From the IMG/VR virus record IMGVR_UViG_3300031998_000003, positions 64,001 to 128,000 of that record: a stretch of 64,000 nt of DNA; one strand, written 5' to 3'. A program made the translations under genes and the position numbers. The stretch is from a virus (Duplodnaviria; Caudoviricetes). This document shows positions 49,142-56,504 of this stretch, piece after piece. The notes beneath the pieces are model-generated. The model searched no databases, was not told the DNA's origin, and was given only the letters and a program-made list of their open reading frames with translations. Positions within the stretch are counted from its first letter, which is position 1, and each line of letters opens with the position of its first letter.

Positions 49142-50056
49142 ATGATCGCACTTGAGTTGATTAAAAAGCTGATGACAGAATCTGGTATCAAATATCAGAT
49201 CCAATCACATCATGAATTATCCAAATTCGGGAGAATCCATCATGTGATTGTCACCAATAACCCAGATGCCGATGCAATGAAACTCGATGATTTTGTCGAA
49301 AGATCCGTCGATGAATATCACGAATACATCGCTGATGTCAAAGCTGCTGTAACCGCGGCTGTCCGAAGTGGTGGTTGGGTATCAAACCAGATCATTCTTT
49401 TCTCGGATACTGCATTATTGCAGCTTCGTGAACTGTCTGGCCTGGCGAAAACGCTGGACGACGATTATTTCATCATCTCGTTCGCTGAACAGACATCTGA
49501 AACGACCGGTTTGAGACAGTTCGTGCAGCCTGTGATATCCGTCATTGACATTTCGGAAGAAGAGCCGATCAACTTGATTGCCTTCGAAAATCTGAAATTC
49601 ATTGTCAAAAATGTCGGATACAATTGTTACTATTCTGCATACGATATCCTGGATATGATGTCAATCGGCAACCAGGTAACGCTGACCAAAGAATCAAATT
49701 ATTACTCACTATCCGACATAAAACAGGAATGTATGTCTAGCATTTATGAATATCAATGTCTGGAGTTCTGGTCGAATATCCGGATTGATCCGAAACTGGA
49801 TATGCATGATATCGACCAGATTCTGATTGAGGCTAATCAGAAATTGTCTGAGCAGGAAATATTCACATGCAAGTCCTGTGGAAAACATTATACTATTTCA
49901 GAAGACGAACGGAAATGGTATGCCGATAGGAAGTTCAATCTCCCGAAGAAGTGTTCTTCATGTCGGTATGATGAACGCAGAAAACGTCGGGATGCCGAAC
50001 GTGCTGCGGAGATGAAAGAGATGTATCAGGAACTTGGGTTCGGCGTTCTTGATTGA
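49142..50056 (+). CDS. Hypothetical protein with C-terminal zinc ribbon (zf-trcl-like)
   Basis: CKSCGKHYTISEDERKWYADRKFNLPKKCSSCR. Confidence 0.75.
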   Translation: MIALELIKKLMTESGIKYQIQSHHELSKFGRIHHVIVTNNPDADAMKLDDFVERSVDEYHEYIADVKAAVTAAVRSGGWVSNQIILFSDTALLQLRELSGLAKTLDDDYFIISFAEQTSETTGLRQFVQPVISVIDISEEEPINLIAFENLKFIVKNVGYNCYYSAYDILDMMSIGNQVTLTKESNYYSLSDIKQECMSSIYEYQCLEFWSNIRIDPKLDMHDIDQILIEANQKLSEQEIFTCKSCGKHYTISEDERKWYADRKFNLPKKCSSCRYDERRKRRDAERAAEMKEMYQELGFGVLD

Positions 50057-50108
50057 CTCCACTGATTATAATTTGTCCATATGTACAACATGTATGTATG
50101 GGCAATAT

Positions 50109-50190
50109 GCTGGTATGATGGAATTGGCAGACGTGACGGACTCAAAATCTGTTGTCTTCGGACGTGTGGGTTCAAGTCCCACTACCAGCA
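50109..50190 (+). tRNA. tRNA-Leu(CAA)
   Basis: GCTGGTA/TACCAGC acceptor, loop CTCAAAA, variable arm, GGTTCAAGTCC. Confidence 0.95.
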
Positions 50191-50297
50191 CTCATCACAG
50201 GAGATGAGAGGTTCCAGCACCTCTTCGCGGTCCCTCAATGAAACTGCGTAGTTTAAGGGTAAAACCCCTGTGTTGATTCAAGGCGATGCATCGCCTC

Positions 50298-50382
50298 AGA
50301 TATGTGTAGTTGAGACGGTTACAATACCGACAAGGGCGCCCCTTGAGTCGGAGGTCGCAGGTTCGAATCCTGTCACATATCT
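50298..50382 (+). ncRNA. tRNA-like RNA with extended anticodon-less arm
   Basis: AGATATGTG/CACATATCT stem, D-like arm, CCGAC-AAGGG-CGC-CCCTT-GA-GTCGG, T arm GCAGG-TTCGAAT-CCTGT. Confidence 0.75.
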
Positions 50383-50494
50383 TCAAGATTGAGTTTCGTA
50401 TATGCTGGATGGCAGAAGCAGCCGGTTGAACGTTCCCGGTGAGCCACATGAGGGCTTCGTAGGTTCGAATCCTACAACGAAACTCTGATCTTGA
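50383..50494 (+). ncRNA. tRNA-like RNA with 10-nt central loop and long variable arm
   Basis: GAGTTTCGT/ACGAAACTC plus TCAAGAT/ATCTTGA; TGCT..AGCA D arm; GCCGG..CCGGT; GTAGG-TTCGAAT-CCTAC. Confidence 0.75.
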
Positions 50495-50569
50495 AATACG
50501 CGTAGCTGGGTTGGTTACAGCGCCCGGGCGCACCTGGGAGTACGTGGGTTCGAATCTCACCGCGTATTT
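50494..50569 (+). ncRNA. tRNA-like RNA with tetraloop in place of anticodon loop
   Basis: AAATACGCG/CGCGTATTT; GCTG..CAGC D arm; CCCGGG-CGCA-CCTGGG; GTGGG-TTCGAAT-CTCAC. Confidence 0.78.
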
Positions 50570-50591
50570 TTTATTTGAAAGGAGGATCGAT

Positions 50592-50903
50592 ATGATCCGT
50601 GTACATGCATTGAAACATGGTGATTACAATAATCAGCTTCCCGCAACGGGATGGATCTATTTACATGGAGAACTTCAGGAAGAAGCCGGTTTCGATTTGT
50701 GTCATATCGATCAAGTTCCTGAAGAAGAAGGTATCTACGATTGTGAAGTAATCCTACCGAATCATGATACCAGACAATGTAAGCTATACTACTGGAAATC
50801 AAGGCGTAGGAAGATCGATCGTGGATTGATTGTATTGGCCAATCATCCAGGTGACAATAAGTTTGCTGAGATAAAATTCAGAATTCGTTCTGACGGATTG
50901 TAA
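50592..50903 (+). CDS. Hypothetical protein
   Basis: Start MIRVHA after AAGGAGG. Confidence 0.65.
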   Translation: MIRVHALKHGDYNNQLPATGWIYLHGELQEEAGFDLCHIDQVPEEEGIYDCEVILPNHDTRQCKLYYWKSRRRKIDRGLIVLANHPGDNKFAEIKFRIRSDGL

Positions 50904-50916
50904 AGGAGATGATGAT

Positions 50917-51333
50917 ATGTCAAGTGTATATGGTGGACCTGCAGATGCAAAGCTTGAAAACGAGCTTTCTGAACCGGAAGGCGACCTGGATTGTGGTACG
51001 TCGAAAACATCTGATGACTATCGAAAATTCCGCCAGATTCAGTTCCATATGTATTGGGATGCTAGAAGCAGAACCATTCAAGAACCTGACAATATCGACA
51101 TGAAGATCTTGTATGATCTGAAACCTGAGGATCTTCTGGTTGTATATTTTGACACAAAAGATCATGGCGTCCCTGGGTTAAAACCAGATGTTATCCGCGA
51201 AGTTATGCACCAACTCAGTGAGAAGTACAAATGTAAGGTTGTTGCATTACCGTATGCAACGATGATTGCTCGGGAAGACAAAGAGACATTCACGAAGCGA
51301 CTTCAAGAGCTTATTAAATATCTCGAAGAATAA
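50917..51333 (+). CDS. Hypothetical protein
   Basis: SD AAGGAG; 138 aa. Confidence 0.65.
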   Translation: MSSVYGGPADAKLENELSEPEGDLDCGTSKTSDDYRKFRQIQFHMYWDARSRTIQEPDNIDMKILYDLKPEDLLVVYFDTKDHGVPGLKPDVIREVMHQLSEKYKCKVVALPYATMIAREDKETFTKRLQELIKYLEE

Positions 51334-51490
51334 CAGTAAATTGAGAGCGGTTGGCTTCGGCGTGAACTGTGGATTTATTGTCATAATGGAACTAATTCGA
51401 GCGGGGAGTATCGACTGCCATGCTTTGATCCCTTGGAAATAGATGGATTGTCCGATATTAGATCCTTTGAAGTTATGGTGTAAATTCGTA

Positions 51491-51623
51491 TTATTAATGT
51501 ATGCAAGTGGTCATAAGCAACCCATGTAGGGTATGAGCTTCCACACAATGTTCCGGCCGGGACTTATGTAAAACTCGCAATTGCGAGCGGGGGCTACGCG
51601 GGTTCGAATCCCGCCATTAATAA
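51491..51623 (+). ncRNA. tRNA-like RNA with ~75-nt central insertion
   Basis: TTATTAATG/CATTAATAA; D arm TGC-AAGTGGTCATAA-GCA; GCGGG-TTCGAAT-CCCGC. Confidence 0.7.
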
Positions 51624-51691
51624 TAAGCTCGACAAAGTGAAATCAATCATGAAGGGTCCGACGCCTTCATGCATCGGATATATTGATATAT

Positions 51692-51765
51692 CGGGATGTG
51701 GTGAAGTTTGGTATCACGCCACTTTTGGGAAGTGGAAGCCCAGGGTTCGAATCCCTGCATTCCGA
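51692..51765 (+). tRNA. tRNA-Pro(TGG)
   Basis: CGGGATG/CATTCCG; CCACT-TTTGGGA-AGTGG; CAGGG-TTCGAAT-CCCTG. Confidence 0.93.
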
Positions 51766-51769
51766 GTAA

Positions 51770-51818
51770 AAGGCACGTACAGCAATTCTAACGAATGAAT
51801 ATGATCGTTTGTGCCTTG
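51770..51818 (+). ncRNA. Small stem-loop RNA with TACAGCAA motif (skipping-rope-like candidate)
   Basis: AAGGCAC-GTACAGCAA...GTGCCTTG; family resemblance is from memory only. Confidence 0.4.
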
Positions 51819-51820
51819 TA

Positions 51821-51898
51821 GGTGAAGTAGCTCAGGTGGTAGAGCGTCGGGAGTGTAACTCCTGCAGGGATGTCAGGTTCGAGACCTAACCTTCACCA
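51821..51898 (+). tRNA. Atypical tRNA (possible GTA/Tyr anticodon) or tRNA-like RNA
   Basis: GGTGAAG/CTTCACC-A, canonical D arm, shifted anticodon stem, 6-bp T stem with mismatch. Confidence 0.55.
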
Positions 51899-51904
51899 TC
51901 ATTC

Positions 51905-52315
51905 CACATCAAAAGAGTAATTTCAAAAGCCGCATCCTGGAAGGGTCCAGGATGGGTAAGCTTTACCAAGGAAACCGTTGCAGTGCACAAGGATAAGAGT
52001 AATGTAGATATGCTGCAGTTCCTAGTATCGGACGGGTACGAAACCTTGGTTGCGTCATGGGCGCTAGTAAGACGCGCTCTGCCGAAATGAGCCTAAACGT
52101 AAAGCCATAGTCGAAAGGATTCATGTTTACTGCATATCTTGGACATGAATCGCAAAGTAGCTGGTAGGAAAAGGATGATACGGCATATTCCCCTAGTAGT
52201 GGCGAGCGAAAAGGGATCCACAAAAGAGCATGGGGAGCCATAGCTCCGAACACGTGCTTGCGAGTGGTTAAAAACGCCCTGGAACGGGTATGGACGGTTA
52301 TGAAATTTTGATGTG
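51905..52315 (+). ncRNA. Large (~410 nt) structured ncRNA
   Basis: CACATCAAAA/TTTTGATGTG closing stem, nested helices, long-range loop complementarities, loop-E hairpin. Confidence 0.75.
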
Positions 52316-52402
52316 AGATATGACAATGACTGTGAATTGTTCCAGACTATTTGGTTAGCGCGGGATCAGAAACGGGTTCACCAGAATAGTTCATGAGTCT
52401 AG

Positions 52403-52506
52403 ATTGTTGTGTGAGCGGGAACGCACTGGCCACCTAGCGAGCCAGGTATACCGGAGGATTCCGGCGAACATAATTGAAGTGAGACGCATAAATTACACAC
52501 AACAAT
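52403..52506 (+). ncRNA. Structured RNA, ~105 nt
   Basis: ATTGTTGTGTG/CACACAACAAT 11-bp closing stem; CTGGC/GCCAG and CCGGA/TCCGG hairpins. Confidence 0.6.
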
Positions 52507-52507
52507 T

Positions 52508-52596
52508 GGAGTCGAGACGTGATGACCGCAAGGTCAGGTGGTGTGGCGAAAGTGCGCATTCTCGTCGCACAGTGGGTTCGATTCCCACACGGCTCT
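52508..52596 (+). ncRNA. tRNA-like RNA with T arm and non-tRNA D/anticodon arms
   Basis: GGAGTCG/CGGCTCT; TGACC-GCAA-GGTCA; GTGTGGCGA/TCGTCGCAC; GTGGG-TTCGATT-CCCAC. Confidence 0.65.
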
Positions 52597-52822
52597 TCAG
52601 TATGCTATACAGCATACAGAACCAGAGTCAGGAAGTTCTTTCCTTAACACTAGATCTGTCGACGTGCGTGAATGATGAGAAATACATCAATATATCGGCG
52701 GGATGGACTGACCACAACGTTGGGCTGGATTGAATGAAATGGCGTAGGTCGGACTCGGACATGGGATCCCTATACTGTGTCCGAGAGATCGGTTATAATC
52801 CGGGAAACCGGTTTACATATAT

Positions 52823-52898
52823 GACTCGGTAGCCAAGCGGGAAGGCAGGGGTGTGCAAAACCCTGATACGTCTTGTTCGAATCAGACCCGAGTCTCCA
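52823..52898 (+). tRNA. tRNA-Cys(GCA)
   Basis: GACTCGG/CCGAGTC-T-CCA; loop GTGCAAA; bulged T stem. Confidence 0.85.
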
Positions 52899-52899
52899 T

Positions 52900-53069
52900 T
52901 AATCAGTATGATCATAGAGGATAAGGAATGATTCCGTCCAGGTCATATGAAATCGCTGATGTAGTATGATGTTCGCGGTGCCAATTCGGGTGCACACGGT
53001 TGGTTTCTGCCGGATCTGTCGGTCAGGATCACGAGGTTAACTACGGCAGTCTATGAACTATACTGATTA
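52900..53069 (+). ncRNA. Structured RNA, ~170 nt, filling the Cys-Asn spacer
   Basis: TAATCAGTAT/ATACTGATTA and TCATAGA/TCTATGA closing helices; TGTAGT/ACTACG inner helix. Confidence 0.6.
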
Positions 53070-53072
53070 TCC

Positions 53073-53148
53073 GATCCATTAGCTCAGTCGGCAGAGCAAA
53101 TGACTGTTAATCATTGGGTCGTAGGTTCAAGTCCTACAGCGGGAGCCA
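53073..53148 (+). tRNA. tRNA-Asn(GTT) with non-pairing acceptor stem
   Basis: Canonical D, anticodon (CTGTTAA) and T arms and GCCA end, but GATCCAT vs AGCGGGA. Confidence 0.75.
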
Positions 53149-53160
53149 ATAAATATTATG

Positions 53161-53200
53161 AATAAGGGGCGCTTCGGCGCCCCTTATTCTTTTTTTTTTA
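53161..53200 (+). terminator. Intrinsic terminator ending RNA island
   Basis: AATAAGGGGCGC-TTCG-GCGCCCCTTATT followed by T run. Confidence 0.9.
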
Positions 53201-53220
53201 TTATTCAAATCCTTTATCTA

Positions 53221-53230
53221 TATATTATTA
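53221..53230 (+). promoter_or_regulatory. Putative early promoter TATATTATTA
   Basis: Recurring motif directly after a terminator. Confidence 0.6.
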
Positions 53231-53301
53231 ATACGGACAAGTGAAAAAGATACTTGTCTAGAATATGTGAAAGTCCGTAAGGACATAAAGGAAGGGATAT
53301 T

Positions 53302-54432
53302 ATGATTTTTACTAAGAATTTGGCGCCTGAAATCATTGCGGCAATACAGCCGTATATTAATGCACTACGAAGTCCGGCTACTGATCTTGTGAGTTTCAAA
53401 ACTTCGGATGAGTTACTCGATTTCTGCAAACTCGTGCTACCGAAAGGTTGTTTCGAGAAGGTTACCCTTAACGGTGATGAACTTGCTGATTTCAGAGAAG
53501 ATCTGAAAGAAACCAGTGATATCAAAAACGCTGATGATGCCCTGGTTGAAAAGGAAGTGTTCCAAGTGCCGAATGATATATTTGTGGCAAATACAATTCC
53601 GCTAAAACAGCTGGATCTCGAACTTCAGGATACTGACGACGGGTTCAGTGACTGCTTCAAAATGTGTATAAATAACATGGTAACAGTCCTGCATGTGACT
53701 GACGGTGCTCCTATGGATGAAGCGTTTACTATTGAAGCAATTATCCCGATCGATCAAATTCAGGGATATATAGCACACTATCCTGGGAACGTAACCGATT
53801 TGGACTTTGTAATCGGTGCAATCAGATATGTTGAGAAGTGCAGTATTGTAAAAAATGAAGCAACTGCATTGGTTATTATGAGAAATGACTATATGTACGT
53901 CGGTGACCCGTATTTCTCGGATATAAGCGTGACAGACCTTAGAACAGGTGAGCACGTATCTATTTCAGAGTATCTTGCTGATATTGATGGTAGGATTAAC
54001 AATGGATCTCTTATTGAGTTCATGCTTAGATTACAAGATTCAATATCACGCTCTATTACAGCGTTTTACAGCGTCAATGCGGCATTGCTAAATCCAGTTA
54101 TTGTTGATGTCTATAACAATAAAACGTCACGTATACCGGATAGATCCATTACTGCAAAGAAGTCATCAAAAAGGGGTAAGATCCGGTACATTAAACGGCA
54201 TTTCATGACTGTTGATGATGTTGACAAAGCTTTCGAAAAGCGTGGCTTCGTTCGCAAAGCAATGATCTGGTACGTTACCGGACATTGGCGAGAGTACAGC
54301 AAAACTGGCAAACGAGTATTCATCCAGGGATACTGGAAGGGTGCTTTGCGAAATATGAAAGACACTGTCTTCCAGGATCTTGAGCCTCGCGAACGCGAAC
54401 TTGTTACAAAGGAGGAACCTGAAAATGTTTGA
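53302..54432 (+). CDS. Conserved phage protein with C-terminal VxGHWR...GK..FI..YWKG motif
   Basis: WYVTGHWREYSKTGKRVFIQGYWKG. Confidence 0.75.
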   Translation: MIFTKNLAPEIIAAIQPYINALRSPATDLVSFKTSDELLDFCKLVLPKGCFEKVTLNGDELADFREDLKETSDIKNADDALVEKEVFQVPNDIFVANTIPLKQLDLELQDTDDGFSDCFKMCINNMVTVLHVTDGAPMDEAFTIEAIIPIDQIQGYIAHYPGNVTDLDFVIGAIRYVEKCSIVKNEATALVIMRNDYMYVGDPYFSDISVTDLRTGEHVSISEYLADIDGRINNGSLIEFMLRLQDSISRSITAFYSVNAALLNPVIVDVYNNKTSRIPDRSITAKKSSKRGKIRYIKRHFMTVDDVDKAFEKRGFVRKAMIWYVTGHWREYSKTGKRVFIQGYWKGALRNMKDTVFQDLEPRERELVTKEEPENV

Positions 54433-54952
54433 CATAAAAATTCATGTAAGACCGCATCGAGGTGAATACCCTGCTAACATGATCCTTGACATCTATGAGA
54501 ATTCAAAGGTCCATTGGTTTGATAAAGAGGTATTCGATCTCAGTATCATGGCACCTATTGAAGAAATCGAAAAGGTGATAACAAATGTTGGGATTACCAA
54601 TTCAAAATACCTCAGAAATGCCAATCGTGATTCGGCAATCTTCATAGAGCTGTACCATCATAACTCGATACATGACGCTGCTAAAGCGGTGGGATTAACC
54701 GCTGGACGTGTTCGAGAAATTGCTGTGATGATGTTTAAAAGGTTACAACATTATGAAAGAGCTTATCGTCTATTTCCCGGGTACTTCCCGGATGAAGATT
54801 CTGCACGAAAATTCGGTAGAAAATTCGATAGACTCAGCTCGATCGAATACTGGAAAAACTATGAAGCTGAACATGGTTATTTGTCCCACTTAGGACGTCA
54901 AATACTCAGTCAGTATTCTGAAGAGGATGGTGATGATGATGACCGTGATTGA
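54425..54952 (+). CDS. Sigma-70 region-4-like HTH protein
   Basis: RDSAIF...SIHDAAKAVGLTAGRVREI...FKRL. Confidence 0.65.
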   Translation: MFDIKIHVRPHRGEYPANMILDIYENSKVHWFDKEVFDLSIMAPIEEIEKVITNVGITNSKYLRNANRDSAIFIELYHHNSIHDAAKAVGLTAGRVREIAVMMFKRLQHYERAYRLFPGYFPDEDSARKFGRKFDRLSSIEYWKNYEAEHGYLSHLGRQILSQYSEEDGDDDDRD

Positions 54953-55316
54953 ATTTAGAAAAGTATTCCTAGACTGGTATCAGTTGCAGTTCGCATTTAC
55001 CGCCAGTGAAGGAATGCTTATTGAGTCCGACGGTAATAGTGATTTCCTGTCAGGACAACTTGACATCTATGACGTACATCTTGCTGGGACTATGAAAGAT
55101 AATTCATACACAATCTGTGATCAGTCCACTAATGAGTCGATTACAGCTATGCTCGATAAGTCTACATATGACTGGCGTTGTAATAAGGATTCGCTCATTG
55201 GTATTCCAATGTTTGATTCTAAGTTACTGCAATCGATTTATGAAGACATATTTCTTGTACATTTTGCCAAAGTATATAGAGGTCATAAGGAGGAAACTAA
55301 CAATGGCATCAACTGA
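54927..55316 (+). CDS. Hypothetical protein
   Basis: ORF in packed operon. Confidence 0.6.
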   Translation: MVMMMTVIEFRKVFLDWYQLQFAFTASEGMLIESDGNSDFLSGQLDIYDVHLAGTMKDNSYTICDQSTNESITAMLDKSTYDWRCNKDSLIGIPMFDSKLLQSIYEDIFLVHFAKVYRGHKEETNNGIN

Positions 55317-55474
55317 CATCTTATTGAATGATGACGTACGGAAAGCACTCGTTGACGGAGTGTGTCCATACGTCCTGACAGGAGGTTTCAGAGCAGAACG
55401 CGAAGCCTCTGAAAGAACATGGGATATGCTCATGGAACGAGTGAAATCCAAAGAAAAACAGGAGGAAACTAAAA

Positions 55475-56491
55475 ATGGTTGAGAAAATCCTGTTCACCGC
55501 AGTCCGTCAGCCCGGTATTATCGAACACAATATTGTTGGATGGTTGTTCAATCCAACAATAATTCCGCTCGAAAAGGCATTCGAGTACGTGCGAAAGTAC
55601 AACGACATCGCTGAAGATGTAAATCTGTTTATCTACCGCACGGATGCGGAGATCATCGAAACGAATTCCGATGAGGACAACTTCGATCGAGAAATCAAAA
55701 TGAGTAACATTTATATCGGTCCTGGCGAAAGCAAATATATCCTGATCACACAGTCATGCTTGACACTGATGTATCCGGTAGATCTGGACGGTGATACAAT
55801 TCACGTTTCTAACGTGGAAGAGATTGTCACCGGTGATCCGGATCATTGGCCGTATTGGCGGTCATATACAGGTCGGGGAGCATACAATATTCGCAGCAAA
55901 TGGCTCCAACCGATGAAACATCATGCGTTTGATCGTGATCAGCTGACAAAGCTGTTCAATGATCATATCGCATCAAACGAAAAAGCGTTCGAAACGCTTG
56001 AGGATGCGATCGCAGGAACTGACGATCACGAAGTGGGGGATTTCAGATGCTGGAAGGATTCTGATGAGGAATTTTATATCCTGCATGTGCCATCCGGAAC
56101 CATCGTCGGTTGGTACAAGTTCTACCATTACGGCAGAGACAATTTTACCAACCGTGACATGACGATTGATGATCTCAAGGACTTCTTTGTACTGCTCCGG
56201 AATCAGCTCCTTGATGAGCCGGATGAACCTGATACACCGGATCCACCGAGAGTAAAAGTGACTGAGATGATTGATCAATTATGGGGTCATGTTGAAGACT
56301 GGGATGAAACCCCCAGTTATCCGGACGCACCGAAAAAGAAACCGTATAACATGGATGTTCCGGCAATCATGGAACGACTGCAGCGGAATAGTGTATACGG
56401 TATGCTTGCCGAAACTATCGGCGGTATTGACCTTGCGTCCATGTACCCGCATCATCCGGAGGAATCTCCGATCGAAGACGACGATGATTAA
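55475..56491 (+). CDS. Hypothetical protein with PolB-like motif peptides at C-terminus
   Basis: SD AGGAGG; NSVYG and DLASMYP near the end. Confidence 0.7.
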   Translation: MVEKILFTAVRQPGIIEHNIVGWLFNPTIIPLEKAFEYVRKYNDIAEDVNLFIYRTDAEIIETNSDEDNFDREIKMSNIYIGPGESKYILITQSCLTLMYPVDLDGDTIHVSNVEEIVTGDPDHWPYWRSYTGRGAYNIRSKWLQPMKHHAFDRDQLTKLFNDHIASNEKAFETLEDAIAGTDDHEVGDFRCWKDSDEEFYILHVPSGTIVGWYKFYHYGRDNFTNRDMTIDDLKDFFVLLRNQLLDEPDEPDTPDPPRVKVTEMIDQLWGHVEDWDETPSYPDAPKKKPYNMDVPAIMERLQRNSVYGMLAETIGGIDLASMYPHHPEESPIEDDDD

Positions 56492-56504
56492 AGGAGGAAG
56501 AAAA

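Noticed and set aside
50205-50250. Possible HDV-like/theta ribozyme after tRNA-Leu (ACC-TCTTCGC-GGT resembles P3/L3)
   Set aside because: P1 and P2 pair poorly and no clear J4/2 catalytic C; at most degenerate
52187-52217. rRNA gene
   Set aside because: Similarity to 23S is limited to one ~30-nt hairpin
51905-52315. Complete group II intron or RNase P RNA
   Set aside because: No GTGCG 5' end, domain V or RT ORF; no GAGGAAAGTCC RNase P signature
52230-52600. tmRNA ending at the 52572-52588 T arm
   Set aside because: No matching 5' GGGG acceptor strand with G3-U70, no CCA, and no convincing tag ORF
50195-52733. ORFs 50195-50560, 51963-52253, 52093-52326 and 52404-52733
   Set aside because: They overlap tRNA-like or structured RNA; no SD; atypical composition
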